64,000 nt of DNA from Eledone cirrhosa (lineage: Eukaryota). The stretch spans positions 72,106,001 to 72,170,000 of the forward strand of contig OZ024740.1 in assembly GCA_964016885.1 (NCBI GenBank), given 5' to 3'. Positions 1 to 14,597 of this stretch are shown piece by piece. A program made the position numbers and the translations under genes. How positions within the stretch are numbered: the first letter of the stretch is position 1; every line of letters begins with the position of its first letter. A model generated the notes under the pieces. That model was not told where the DNA came from and ran no database searches. It worked only from the letters and a program-made list of their open reading frames with translations.

Positions 1-2190
1 AAGAGTTAATGACATGGACAGTGTCTTTTATTAGGAATATGGTAACAAGAGTTAATGTTGTCTGATTTGTTTAGATTACTGGTTATTATTCGATAGTTAA
101 AGTGACCAGTAGTAAAAACAATTTGAAAGTAAAAAATGTATTGTCATCATTTCTGTTGTAGTTAATTTAATGTCTAACAGTGTTCTGTTATTACTACAGA
201 AGGAAAGCACCTGTATAACATCACCATCGTCATTATCATCTGTCTGTATTCCACACTGGCATGGGTTGGATAGATCATTACTGCCCGAGACTAGACAGGT
301 CACAGAACTACATCTTTCTCATACACTCCATTTTTGGCAAGATGTTTTGGTGTTGGTTACCCTTCCTAATGCTAACTACGATATAGAATGTACAGGCTGC
401 ATTTTATCATGGCATCAGCACCTTCCCTTTACAGAGTGTACTGGCTGCATTTTATCACAATACTAACACTAGAGAGGTTGTCATGTCCTGCTAAGGACTG
501 AAGTCTTTTTACAGAATGCACTAGGTGTATTTTATTGTAGCACTAGTGAGGTCATCAAGTCTTCAACAAGAACAAAGATCATTTCTGCCTTACATTGTCT
601 TTGTCCATTTGTCAACCACTTTACAGGGAGAACTGAGTATTTTATCAATGGTAGGAAAACATTCTGGGAGTGTTCTTGTACGAATTTTATATAGTTGACA
701 GTGAAATTTTGGAATAAAGTTTTACTAAAATTGAAATATATCTAATTAATTGAAATATAGTTTTACTAAAATTGAAATGCATCTTATTAATTGAAATAGA
801 AGTTTACTAAAATCAAAATGCATCTAATTCATTTCTGTATTTCATGAGACTATCAACTTTTATAGGATAGGCCATAAAAATGTTCAGGAAGTCTGTAAGG
901 AAATGAAAATTGATCTGTCAAAAGTCACTGAATCATTCAATTTATACATACGTTATTAGTTTTACAGTATTATAAAACTAATAAATGTGTTAACATTAAT
1001 CTATAGTAGTGGCCAGCCATGTTAAGACATTCTGAAGAACAGAATTTCTTGTAGTTAGTTGCTTTTCAAAGAAGCTTAACCTTTTTCATATTAAGCTGCC
1101 TGACATAAAACTACTTTAAAGTGTTTATCATCATCATCGTCATCATTTAATGTCTGATAGTGACATTTATCTAAAGACTTTCTCTCTTAATTTTATGTAA
1201 GAAGAATTAAGTCATTTTCCAAACATCAGCTTCATAATGAGAAAGTTAGTCATATTACTAAATCCTTTCATTAACTTGATTATTTTCAAAATTATTTCAA
1301 AATCACAGACAGTTTCTTTCATTAGAAATATGAAAATGAAAGGGTTAAAGACATATACAGTGCCTTTCATGAGAAATATTGTAATTAAAGGGTTAAAGAC
1401 AGTCTTTCATTAGAAATATGGCAATAAAAGTGTTAGACATAGGTGGTGCTTTGATTAGAAATATGGTAATGAAATGATTAGACATATACAGTTTCTTTCA
1501 TAAGAAATAAGGCTGGTTCAATGTAGTGTCCTCTATAAAGGTAGGACTGGAGCCCTATCTTTATGACCCTCAAGAAACTTCCTATATGATGCAACCTTAT
1601 AGGAGACCAACTAAACCTACATAGATGTGAGCTGTAACTTATTCTTCTACACAGATATAATTGGATGATTTAATCTTCCTTTAACTGCTTAACTTAAAGG
1701 TGTGTCCTGCTCAAAGCTCTGCAATACTGTTGATTTGAATGGAATGGTATTTTTGTTTTTATTTGAATTAGGTTTTGTAAACACTAACAACAGTTTAGTG
1801 AGTGACTGAGGCATCATCCTAAAGGAATTAATGGTAGGGGGAGAGTGTATACTTTATCATGTTAGTTGAGTGAAGGCTTCTGTTTAAACTTTCTTTTACA
1901 CTTGAAAAATCAAAGCCCCCCCCCCCTCTTTTTTTTTCCAATTATATTTTGTTTTGATAATTCAATTATTTTCATTCCAATATTTTCTCTTGAATCTGCA
2001 ATGGTTTATTAGATGAGAAATCATGCAAGAAATAGAGATAATTTGATGTTAAGCCATTCAGGCATAAAGATAGGATTAGTCTGCATGTAATGATGGACTG
2101 TTTGAGAATCGAATACATGTTATTCAAAGAAGACCTCTTGAAAATAGTAATAGCAGAAAATATTCTAAGTATAGATTAGCTGTAATTTAA

Positions 2191-2221
<31 letters not shown>

Positions 2222-3764
2222 GATATTTTTCCTTGTCAAGTATCATAGTTTTATATGGAAATTGTAAAGGATGCCAATAATTTAAAATATAATAAATATG
2301 GATTTTGTGAAGGTTTCAGTGTCAATATTCCAATAATACTCACCTTTAGCATGTTAATACCTTTTGAAGTAACACCTTTAATAAGAGATATTTTAATGTA
2401 TGATAGGAAATTGGTGATACATAGAAGTTAAAAAAAAAAATTTTTTTAAATGACTGGAAATTTTCTTGGTAACCCTTTCATTTTCATATTTCTAATGAAA
2501 GACACTGCTTATGATTTTTGAGATAATTTCAAAAGAATCAAGAATTTGTAGGATTTAGTACTATAACAAATTTTCACATTAAGATGTTTTTCAGAATATA
2601 ACAAAGGTTCTCACAAAAAATTATGATGGAAAGTCTTTAGATAAATAAAGCACTTTAAAATAGTTCTGTATCCTAAAAATATGTGTGGTTTCAGGCAACT
2701 TGATATCAAAAGCGTAAATTTGTTTGATATTTGTAACAAGTATTTGAACCAGTTGTTAAAGTACATTTCTATTAACAAAATAATGACACCTGATAGAATC
2801 AGAGGTCATTAACCGAATTAATGTGATAAAATGATGTACCAAAGGTTAGGCTGTACTATAAAACAAAAGAATTCAATATCGAAAAATTTTCATGAGTTCA
2901 GAACTAAAAGCTTGCTGTTTAAACCCTTTTTAGATTAGCCCACCCAAAATTGCCCTTTTTTCAAATTGTTCATATAGTAATTTAATGTAAGACACTTTTG
3001 AGGTGTTTTAAGCATCTGCTATATAATGGTTTGGTAATAATTGTTACAAATATTTGAACCAGTTATTAAAGTACACTTCTACTAACAAAATCACACCTGA
3101 TAGTTGAGATATATTAATAGCTCATTGACCGAATTAATGTGATAAAATCACATACAAAAGATTAGACTTTTGGTGCATGAAGAAAGTCAATTATATCAAC
3201 CACCATCTCTATAGCTATCCATCACTTGTTGTTCCTCATAATCACCTATTTTTATTGCTGTGCTTTCCCATCATGCTGCTCATGTTGTTAATCTGTCCAG
3301 TCTCCTTCCCAACATGTAACTATAATTGTTTCTCTCTTACCACCCTCTTACTCCTATCACAGTTTTTCTCATCACACACTTAGTCTCTCTCTTGGTCATT
3401 ATTCTCTCTTCAATTTCTCCTTTTGACCATGTTTACCTTGAAGGAACAGAAACACCTCTTCAGTCTTGCAGAGGTCAAAGCAGCCTCTTTAGTGCTGGTG
3501 TCACAATAAATTGCATTCAGTAAAGTCTATAAGAAATGCAGCTGGCTTTAGAAACCATGCCAAAGAAAGTACATACAAGTGAAACTTGTTCCTCAAACTC
3601 TAGGAGAGCAGCAACCCCAAATAAAGAACTTAGACTATAACCCATTCAATCCAAGCCAGCATAGATAGTGGACAGAAAAGAATAATTTATGCTAAATAGG
3701 TAAAGCTTAACTATTTGATAAAGGGAGATCAATAAAATAAAAATATCAACCACTATCAACCGCA

Positions 3765-3871
3765 CGCGCACACACACACTCTTTCTTTCTCTTTCTTTCT
3801 TTCTTTCTTTTTCTTTTTCTTTCTTTCTTTCTTTTTCTTTCTCTTTCTCTATCTTTCTCTATCTTTCTCTT

Positions 3872-3918
<47 letters not shown>

Positions 3919-3945
3919 CTCTTTCTCTCTCTTTCTCTCTCTCTT

Positions 3946-3976
<31 letters not shown>

Positions 3977-4053
3977 CTCTCTTTCTCTCTCTCTCTTTCT
4001 CTCTCTCTCTTTCTCTCTATCTCTCTTTCTCTCTATCTCTCTTTCTCTTTCTT

Positions 4054-4086
<33 letters not shown>

Positions 4087-4190
4087 TTCTCTTTCTCTCT
4101 CTCTCTTTCTCTTTCTCTCTCTTTCTCTCTCTCTCTCTTTCTTTTTCTCTCTCTTTCTCGCTCTCTCTCTCTCTCCCTCCCTCTCCCTCT
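3765..4190. repeat. (CA)n plus (CT/CTTT)n microsatellite
   Basis: Polypyrimidine tract seen directly. Confidence 0.97.
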
Positions 4191-5130
4191 GTGATTTGTA
4201 ATCACTTCAAGAAGTTATGAAATCTATCCTTGTATTATTATTATATGCATTTAACTCTGCTATGCGCTACCTATACAATACCATATGAAAATTGGTAAAA
4301 TACACAATGTTGAGTGCTCTTTACATATTACATGGTTTTCCTAATCACATTCCTTTTTACGGATTAGGAAACACCTTTTAATGCACGCGTACACATATGT
4401 GTATGTAGGTTTTTCAGTATCTTTGATTACTGGAGGTAACACCAAAGCTATAGCAGTGTATATGTATATAAAGTATGATATAACAGTTTCACTTTAAAAT
4501 GTTTTTATTGTATATCAAACATTAAAAATGTTTCACAGATCCTTACATATAAGGAGCAGATGAATATTGGAGCTAGGCCTATCACATCAATGGGGAGTTT
4601 GAGCCAATCACTAATGAAACATTTGTAATAGTCGATATAAAATAATAAAAATTTCAAAGTGAAACTTTGTTATATCATACTGTAAAAATTACATCCAATA
4701 AAGATTGGATGTGTAAAAGTAAAAAGAAAAACGGTACTCAATCTGGTATGAGAGCTGATATATTATATTTGTTTATGTTCATACATGGAACAAAACGGGT
4801 TATTTGAAAACATGCTAACATGGAAAAGTGGTTAAATGATAAATTCATGTAATGAGTATTTTCTTCCATATTTTCATTCCTTTGTCAGTTATTTAAGTGT
4901 TGACACCTTACTATAATGACTGAATACATTTCATAAGTGTACATTACATACAATGAAATGGTTTGTTTTTATGAACAACACTCAATGCAGGTGCCAACAC
5001 TTAAATAACTGACAATCTACCATCTTGATATTAAACCTTTAAACACCATCCTACCCATATTAAAATGTTCAAATTTAAATATAAATCTTGGACTAAAATT
5101 TCATTATTACATGTCATATTAGATTTCATT

Positions 5131-5540
5131 AGTGGATTGGCAGTATCGGTAGAGCGTCGAACACCATGCTTTGCAGCATAGTTATGGCCCTTTATGGTCT
5201 GAGTTCAAATCCCATCGAGGTGAGCTTGGCCTGTCATCTTTGCAGGGTTGATAAAGTAACAGTAATGCACTGGGGTAATTGCTGGCCTTCTGCCAAAAAT
5301 AGAAACAATTATTTCAGTTGGATCAAGGGGTTGGCAATATCGGTAGTGTTGAACACCGTGCTTTGCAAAATAGTTATGGCCTCTTACGCTCTGATTTCAA
5401 ATCCCACCTAGGTTAATTTTGCCTTTCATCCTTACAGGGTCGATAAAATTAAAGTACCAGTAATGCACTGGGGTCGATTTAGATGACTTTCTCCTCTCCC
5501 AGAATTCTTGGCCTTGTGCCTAAATCAGAAACCATTATTC
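5131..5540 (+). mobile_element. Tandem pair of short tRNA-like SINEs (GGATTGGCAGTATCGGTAGAG family)
   Basis: B-box-like GAGTTCAAATCC, conserved core TTTGCCTTTCATCCTTACGGGGTCGATAAAATAAAGTACCAG, tail CTGGCCTTGTGCC...AGAAAC. Many copies in the window. Confidence 0.85.
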
Positions 5541-6669
5541 ATTTAAGCCGTTTCAGATTTCAGTAGTTAAATATGACTTGTTCTTTCAAAGAAAAATAAA
5601 ACATAGGGGTCGTTTTAGTCTTGTTGTGGCAAAGCAATATCTCTAGTGCTGGTGCCATGATAAAATACTCATGGGATTTTGGTTGGTGTTAGGAAGGGCA
5701 CACGCAGCCGTAGAAATCGTGCCAAAAATGGAAGGAAAATATAGAATAAAATACACATGAAAAGTTATTTCACTAAACCTCTCATAATTCTCTATTTTGA
5801 TAACTGAAACACAATGGCTGTTTATTCTTGTTAGAAATATGGTTGTAAATGGGTTCAACTACATATATTCAAATAACCTCTTCAATATACAAATGGCAAT
5901 GGACAGATGCTTTTGTTTCGGACATGAAATATGTACAGGACTGTAAAGGGTTCATCTAGTTAACAAATGGCTCAGTATAGATTATCTAGAGTACAGTCAG
6001 GATTATCTGAAAATAATCCCTCATAGATTAGTGATGCTGTCTTCCTGATTGATTTATATACACATTGATAGAAAGAAAGTGTTGAAACTAGATCTAAAAT
6101 AGTCACTGAGATGTCAGCAGTGTTGATGTATTGGCTGTATGTGTTTATATTCACATTTAACCAATGGCTATTAATCTATATATTGTCATATGCAGACTCT
6201 GTCCAACCTTCAATATTTGTTTTATTTAAATTAGTTTCAGATAAGAGGCTTTAATTTCATAGACAATAAAAAATATATTCTAAGGTCTGTTCAAAGGCTC
6301 CTTCATGTAAACACGCATGGGTGCACATGTACGCATGTGTATTCATATATGCACAAGCAAACAATAACTCAATATATTGAGTTGAAAACAATGACAGTAG
6401 TGCAGGGATACTTCACATGATAGGTTTACAAGTTAAGGCATTGAAAGTCATAAGAATTACTTACAATGTAATTAACAATACACTTTTAGAAATCCATTAA
6501 TAACTTATATCCTTAAAATCTCTTTTTTAGTTTGAACATCTTTTAAAGCTGCTGTTGTTTCATTCAATGTTAATACTTGTAGAAGTATGCATTAATAACA
6601 TTAATTTGTCAGTGTCTCTATAATGGATGGTGGTTCTGCTTACTACATATCATTGAGCTACAAATTATG

Positions 6670-7145
6670 CTTAAAATTTTATGTTGCTGAAACTAATGGG
6701 AAAGGTGTATGCTATACATGAGAAGTGCCATGATTTATGGATGTGAGACATGGGTGATGAACATGGAACAGCAGAGAAGGTTGGAAAGAACAGAAATGAG
6801 AATGGTCTAGTGGCTGTGTAAGGCTTCACTGAGAGTGGAAGACAGACGATTAATTGCAAAAGATGATGAGAATAGAACCAGTGATAAATTTTGTGAAGGA
6901 AATAGAATGAGATGGTTGGGTCATGTGTGTAAGGAAGAATGAAAGTGACTGAGAAGTAAATGAAGAAGGCAGTAGGAGGGAAAGAGGAAAAAAGACAGCT
7001 AAAGATGATAGAAGAAATAAAAGCCAGATGTTTAGTGAAGGGAAATGCAGAAAATAGGGCAAGATACAGAAGTTTGTTATAGCACCCATGAGGTTGACCC
7101 CTACTTTTAACAGGGAATGTGGCCTTAAAATACTTGTTGAACTAA
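6670..7145 (+). mobile_element. Decayed RTE-clade LINE 3' fragment
   Basis: Frameshifted remnants resembling GKVYATC-RSAMIYGCETW...RLERTEMRM and RWLGHV, typical of the RTE ORF C-terminus. Confidence 0.7.
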
Positions 7146-10079
7146 GTTGTTAAAACTTGGATCAATGATGGATAATTGAACAGTGAAATTAAAATGAAAT
7201 AACAGAAGTCTTCCTATTTTTTTTTATTTATTTTTTTTTTTGTTGCTGTATGTTGGCCACTATTTTCCCTTGTATATATAGTTTTCAACATTTAGTGTGT
7301 GTGTGATATATATATATATACACACACACACGCACACGCACACACTCTCATTCTCAACATTTAGTCTATTCTCTTGTGCCTCTTCTACCAACAGTTTTTT
7401 TTTTTTTTCTTTTTTCATTTATCTATATGTAATATGTGAAGGCACGTGGTTATGACAAAAGAAAATGAAATTTGCAGCTCCACCTATGTTGGTTTAGACA
7501 GCCTTTCATGAGGTTGTATCTCATAGGTTTCTTGGATGTTTTATTGATAGGAGCCCTGGTTTTATTATATCAAAGCTCACACCTATCTAGGTTTAGATGG
7601 CCTTCTATGAGGTTTCATCTTATAGAGAGTTTCTTGGATGTTTTAATGAAAGAGAATCCAGTTCTACCACGAAAAGCAACATGGAATGAATCCTCTTCCT
7701 CAACAACACTAAACACAGCCTGGTTCAGGAATCAAACTCTTGACGTGATCTTCTTGAGTCCAACATTTTAATTATTAGACCACGTTTTGTCTAAAGGTTA
7801 TTTTTAAATGTTTGGGATTTTTTTATTTTATTTTATAGTTAATGCTATGTATGTGTTGAGGCTTAAAATGATTTGTGTGAAAGTTGAGAATTAGTGTTAA
7901 ATAATGTGCACACAGTACTTAGATAGCAATTATTTCCATTGTTGCTCTTGTTCAATATTTATCTGTTATTGCTGTTTCAGCCTCCAGGCTGATTACATTT
8001 GTTGAACAAAACAGTACAAACTGAATAGAGATCTAAAATTAAAAATAAATTGTAAATATATTTATATATTTATCAGTTGTTTAGTAATTAGCCACACTAG
8101 GATTAGCTATCTGCTTGTTTCACTAAATACATCACAAGATGATAAACTAGAAATAGCAGCTAAATCTCCCTCATATCACATCCTAGCTTAGCCATCCACA
8201 AAGGAGGACACAGTCAAGGTTGTCCTAAATATACAAAAAAAAATTATATGTGATAGTCATGACTGGAGTGACCTTGATTATGCTTTTTTAAGGTTTACTG
8301 AATCTGGACTTATGAGGCTAACAACGAAATACTTCCAATGACTTGTTTTATATGACTTGGCAGAGTTATCAGTGTCTTCTTCATCTTCTTCACACACTTA
8401 TTCCTAGGAGGGTCGTGAGGGCAGTCCTCCAGCACATCTTCCAGCAGGTCCTGTTAGAAGCAACTGTCTCCAATTGATCCAGCTGGATCTCCAAACAAAA
8501 CCAGCCAAGCTCATGGATGTTATCCAACCATTGTACTCAATGTCTACCTCTAGATCTCCTATTGGCTGGTTTTGCCCATGAAATCTGTCCAGCAATTCTT
8601 TCTTGTGACATTCTAATCACATGTTAGTGTGTTTGACTAAATACCTTGATGTTTGTTCTGGCTCTACACCAAGTTCAAATCCTGTTGAGGTTGCCTTTGA
8701 TATCATATATAATATATATATAGTGTATATATGAGTTATGACACTGGTGCCAAGCTCTATTGGTCTTTACCTTTATTAATCAATGTTCATTTCATTAATG
8801 AAATAATCGATAAAGTTTATCTCCACTTATAAATCTTTGTGTGTGTTTTGGGTCATCTCATAATGTTTTTTCAATTGCTTGTGATAAAAGTTGGAGTGGG
8901 TGAGGATAAACACCTGCATGAACTTGCTATAAAAGCATGAATTAAATTCACCTTGTCCTCATCCTTAGTGCAAGCTTCAAAAAGTGCGGTTTTATGTTAA
9001 TTTAAAAAATAAAAGTATTAAAAAATGCATTATGGGATATATATATAGATGTGGCGAATTGGCAGTCGTTAAGATGTCGGATAGAATGCTGTACAGTATT
9101 TGTCCCACCTCATTGTGTGCTCTAAGTTCAAATCCCACCATGGTCAACTTTGCCTTTCATCCTTTCGAGGTCAATAAAAAATAAAGTACCAGTCCAGGTC
9201 GCTCAGACCCGGAGAGGATTGAGCTCTGCCAGGTTTAAAAGGGCCTTAGACATGCCATATGACAGTGCCTCTGCAACTCCACAAGGAGTTATGGCGTCTT
9301 TATCCTATTATATATATATATATAATGTGTGTGTGTGTGTATATAAAAACAGGCATGTGCAGACATGAAGTCAACAAGAAAACACTCACAGGTGAACGAT
9401 ATAATGGTGGTGTATTAGTTTAATGTATGATATATTTAGAAAATATTCTTAATGTTTTAGATGCTTGTCCCTTCTTTGAATGATAGAGAAGAGATGTTTG
9501 GGAGAGAGGAAGAATAGTGTGTGTCCATCCCCTGTAACCTAGCAATTCAATAAAGAGATGGATAACATAAGTAGCCGATTTGAAAAAATAAAAATATGCA
9601 GTTGATATGGTTGACTTTAAGGTAGTGTCCAAGCATCACTGTAGTTTAATGACTGAAACCAGTAAAAGAATAAAGGACTTTAGTGATCTTGTATATAATT
9701 AGTGTTAAAGGACTTTAGTGATCCTCTATATAATTACTGTTAAACAGTACAAAGCATGTTGTCTTTCTGTGATATCATCTGGAGGTTTAAGAACTCTATA
9801 AGTTTGTTGACTTTGTTCAAAGTGGATCAGATAGTTAACTTTCACATACATTTTATTTTTATGGCCCTTTGTGTACTGAGTTCAATCCTGCCGGGTTAGC
9901 TTTGCTTTTCATCCTTACAGAGTCGATAAAATAAAGCACCAGTAATGCACTGGGGGCACCAGTAATGCACTGGGGTAATTGCTGGCCTTGTGCCAAAAGT
10001 AGAAACAACTATTTTCATCTGTAACTGATGAAAATATTCTCATATGTGCTCTCTGTCATGTCTTGCTCTTCCCTGTCTA

Positions 10080-10280
10080 TCCTGCCTCCTTACCCTGTCT
10101 ACCCGACCCTATCTGTCTACCTTACCCTGTCTTACTGTCTGTCTACCCTGCCCTGTCTTACTGCCTGCCTGTCTACCCTGCCCGGTCTAAGTGGCTGCCT
10201 GCCTGTCTACCCTGCCCGGTCTAAGTGGCTGCCTGCCTGTCTACCCTGCCCGGTCTAAGTGGCTGCCTGTCTACCCTGTC
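10080..10280. repeat. Degenerate CTGCCTGTCTACC repeat with a triplicated unit of about 34 bp
   Basis: CTGCCTGTCTACCCTGCCCGGTCTAAGTGG occurs three times. Confidence 0.85.
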
Positions 10281-12309
10281 TATCAATATATAATCAATAA
10301 TCTGACTTGGCCATGTTTATTGATGATTTAATACTTTATCTGGTCTGTATTTATTATATTTTTATTGCCATAAAGATAGATAGGAAAGGTAGGAGTGAGG
10401 GTGGATATCTATGTACATGGGATGGTAGTGTGTGTCTGGGAGGGAGTGGGTGAGTGTGATTGAGTTTGTGTGAGATTCTGCATATATTTATGTGTGTGTG
10501 AGAGGTGAGAGAGTGTGGGTGTATATTTGTATCTTTATGACTGTGCATCTGTGTGTCTCTATAGATTATCAATTCTCTATCCTATGTACACATTTAAACC
10601 CAGTATTGATGAGTTACATTAATTGCTAACTTCAAATTTCATTTGTCTTCCTCTAACATCCTATAGTTTCATGTTTGGCTTTTCATGGTGTTGGTGGTGG
10701 TGGTGGTAGTGGTCTGGTGATCATGGGCAAGGTGTTGGATTTTTTTTTTTTTTTTTTTTTTTAACAGTCGAGCTATAGTGTTCAGGTAAATTATGAGAGT
10801 ACTGTTGTTTGTTGTGGTGGTGATTGATGCTTGTGTTGGTGATGGTGGTGCTGTTTCCTCATTCTATATTAGATTGCTTATGATGTTCTCCCAAGTAGAA
10901 TGCCGATGACTAACACATTCACTTAATCAATGTCTTTCAGAACTAAACTGGTTGTGTTAGTGACATAATAAAAAACACCTAGTTCACCTGTAAGGTGGTG
11001 AGCTGGTAACACAATACTGTTCCCAGCCCACCCTGTTTGGTGGTTGTGTTGGTAACACTATAAAAAACACCCAGTCTACCCTGTAAAGTGGTTGTATTGG
11101 TGACATGACAAAAATCACCGCGTCTACCCTGTGAGGTGGCCATGTTGATGATACAATGAAAAAGTACCCAGTCTGTCCTGTCAGATGGTTGTTTTGTTGC
11201 AATGATAAGCACCCTGTCCACACTGTAAATGTGGTTGGCATTAGGAAGGTCATTCAACTATAGAAACGAAGCCAGAAACAGTTCTGTATGAGCAAAAGAC
11301 AGTCACCTGATCTGACTTGCCTCACAATGGGACAACTCATCTAATCCATTCTAGCATGGAAAATTGACGTTAAATGGTGATGATGATGATGAAACAAGTC
11401 ATAAACGTGCATATGTGCATGTTCATGCATGCACACACATGCTTTCATGCACATGTGCAAATGTTTGTTTGCATGGAAGTAGAGAATCACCACAATTTTA
11501 CAATCATTCTGAAAATTGATTTTAAAAGATCAATTATGCCAGTACATCTATATCTATGTGAATGTGTGTGTGAATACATGTATGTGGATATGTAAATGTA
11601 TGTATGTAAATATGTATGTGTGTATAAATATGCATGCAGATGTATATGTGTGTGTGAATGTGTTTAAATGCCTATGGGTATGTTTGTGTAAATGTGGATA
11701 AATGATAGTCTCTCCAGTTAACAATGAGCATTACAGTTGTTTAATCATCTTAACATCTGACCCATGAAGTAGCTGAGTATTCCAATGACACTGGTAGCCT
11801 TAATGTAATTCAGAAGCTGAATCAGCATGACACACTGTCACATGACTGGACTTGAAATCATCATCATCATCATCCTCATCGTTTACCGTCTATCTTCCAT
11901 GCTAGCATGGGTTTACTTTTACGATCCGTCTGACAGGCTTCTGTACAGCATCTGTCTACCCAATTTCACTCACACGACTTTGATCAACTCACACTTATGA
12001 CAAAACTTGCTCTATATATATATAATTTTTTTTTTTCCTCATGTCACTAACACAGCCACTATACATCCTGTAAAGTGGTTGTGCTCGTGGTACAGAAAGC
12101 TCCCAGTTCTCACTGTGACATGGCTGACATTAGGAAGGGCGTCCACATATAGAAACCAAGACAAAATACAGATCTGCATGAGCAAGACAGGGTCACCTGA
12201 CCCAAACTCTCATAACACAACAATCCATTTCACCCATGCAAACGTGGGAAAATAGACGTTAAACGATGATATATATATATAGATATATAGATATCTTATA
12301 TCATATCAA

Positions 12310-12625
12310 GACGGAGAGTGGTATTTTTTATGCTTTGGGTATAAGAGCAATGAGATGTAGTGTGCAGGAGAGAAGACTGCACTGGTATGGACATGTGATG
12401 GGCATTGATGATGATCGCTGTTTGAAGAAAATGCCAAGAAATATCCCAGTAGAAGGAAGCTGCTGCAGAGAAAGACCATAGACCTGGGTAGAAGTGGTGA
12501 GAACTGATTTCAAATTACTGAAACTTGCTGAGGAGATGAAGGAATGCAATGAGTGGAGATGTTGTGCTGAAAAGAACCTATCGAACCCATGCAAGCATGG
12601 AAAGCAGACATCTGATGATGAGGAT
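12310..12625 (+). mobile_element. RTE LINE 3' fragment
   Basis: LGIRAMRCSVQERRLHWYGHVMGIDDDRCLKK, then an RP-x-TW motif and a GAT-repeat tail. Confidence 0.75.
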
Positions 12626-13284
12626 TGTGTGATCTCACTTGGTTGTAGGCATCTTCTTACTCTTTTGTCAATATGGCTGCACCTTTGAATCACAGCATTG
12701 CATTGAGTGCTGAACACAATTTATGCCTGCATTAATTGCAAGAAACCCAACAGATATATACACACACACACACTTAAAATAGCTGTTAAACAGTGATGAT
12801 GATATATAAACCATGTTTAATGACTATTTTCCATGCTTGCATGGGTTGAATTGTCACATGAGGCCAGGCATGACAAGTAACCATGGCTTGCTTGTAGGCT
12901 CTGTTTTGGGCTTGGTTCTGCAGCTGGATGCCCTTCCTAATGCCAATCAATACATGTGTACTGAGAGCATTTTATGACTCCAGCACTGCCACCTTATAGG
13001 GTAGACTGGGTGCTTTTTGTCCTGGCATCAGTACTATCACATAATTTTATGTAAGAACTTTTAAGTTATGTCCCAAACACCAGATAAAGCCTTTCTAAAT
13101 TCTTGATTTTTCAAAATTAAATAAAACTGTATTTCATTAAAAATATGGTAACTAAAGGGTTTTATGTCTGAGATGAGTCACTGTTTTTGTGGTTATCTGT
13201 AAAATTAACCTCGTTACAATGCATATTTACAATAATTATTGCTGCATTATTTCAATAGGTTTAATCCCAAATCATCAACATATG

Positions 13285-13675
13285 TCTTAGTCCTGCCATA
13301 GACAGTACTACGTTCATCTCAGATCGTTAATGGATGTCTTAGTCCTGTGTATGAACATAGATGGTACTATCTTGATCTCAAATCATCAGTGGCGGTCTTA
13401 GTCCTGTGTATGTATGTAGATGGTGCTACCTTGATCTCAGATCATTGGTGGAGGTCTTAGTCCTGTATATTTAGACAGTGCTACCTTTATCACAGATCAT
13501 CAGTGGGATTCTTAGTCTTGTGTATGTACATAGACAGTGCTACCTTAATCTCAGATCATCAGTGGCTGTCTTATTCCTGCGTATGTACATAGATGGTATT
13601 ACCTTGATCTCAGATCATCAATGGGTGTTTTAGTCTTGTGTATATACATGGATGGTGCTACTATGATCTCAAATT
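13285..13675. repeat. Degenerate minisatellite, unit about 59 bp, about 7 copies
   Basis: Unit approximately GTCTTAGTCCTGTGTATGTACATAGATGGTGCTACCTTGATCTCAGATCATCAGTGGC. Confidence 0.9.
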
Positions 13676-14597
13676 ATCATTTTATGCTGCACTAGTCCAT
13701 TCAGCTGCAAAAAAAAAAGTTACAGGAACAGCAGCTGAGGAATAACCCTATGATGGATTAGTGTCCCATCCAGGGTTGTATGTTTTACTTATCACAAATG
13801 AAACTGGGATAAGCTCTAGCCTGATGAGATGAGTCTCGGCTTGAGAGAGACTTCATTTACTTATTTTTTTAAACTAATTCACATTGAATCTGGAAATCAA
13901 ATTGATTGTGTGTGCATGTGCATGTATGCGTGTTCTCTCTCTCTCTCTGTAATACAAGGACAGCAATGTGTTCAGCTGTTGCGGAACGACATCTAGCCAA
14001 GCTCTGTAAATGACACTCTTGTGGACACGATAAGATATGTAATACAGAATATATCTATTGATTTTTAACCATTATTGTATGTTAATACCTTTCTGTTCAC
14101 AAATGAATATTGTAAAGACAGGTGTTTGTATTTGTCTAGTTCAATATATGTTCATTTTAAAATAGTAGGTTGTATTTGATGATGCTTTGGCTGCTATTTT
14201 TAACAGATCGAGTGACCATGTAGAGATCTTGACATAGTTTGGTTTTTGTCTTTTTTATTTTTTATTGTCATAAAAGTATATATTATTTGTGGTTTCCAAT
14301 ACAGTTAGATAAATAAATATTTTTTAATAAAGACCATTGAAATGAGAAAATATATTTTAGAAATTACAATATCTTCATTGTATTTATGAAAATAGGTATG
14401 AATCGATAGAAAAATTGGGTCAAATATATTTGAGATTCTAAGGTCATATCACGTGCTATAACTTTTATATTAATAAAATTGATTTAAAAAAAAAAAAAGT
14501 TGTCAAGCTGTCTCCAAGTATTTGTGTGAACATTTCAGATAACTAGAAATGCAGTTTCAGACAAATTCTATTTGTTCTTTGTCTGCTTTTATTATTA

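Noticed and set aside
868-1005. Short open frame IGHKNVQEVCKEMKIDLSKV after a tag acceptor
   Set aside because: No recognisable homology and no convincing donor or in-phase partner exon.
13285-13675. Regularly spaced repeats resembling a CRISPR array
   Set aside because: The whole unit of about 59 bp is repeated with divergence; there are no unique spacers.
13795-13850. GAAACTGGGATAAGCTCTAGCCTGATGAG, which contains both HHR core words
   Set aside because: No valid three-way junction can be drawn. It is the tail of a dispersed SINE-like repeat also seen at about 55558 and 55755.
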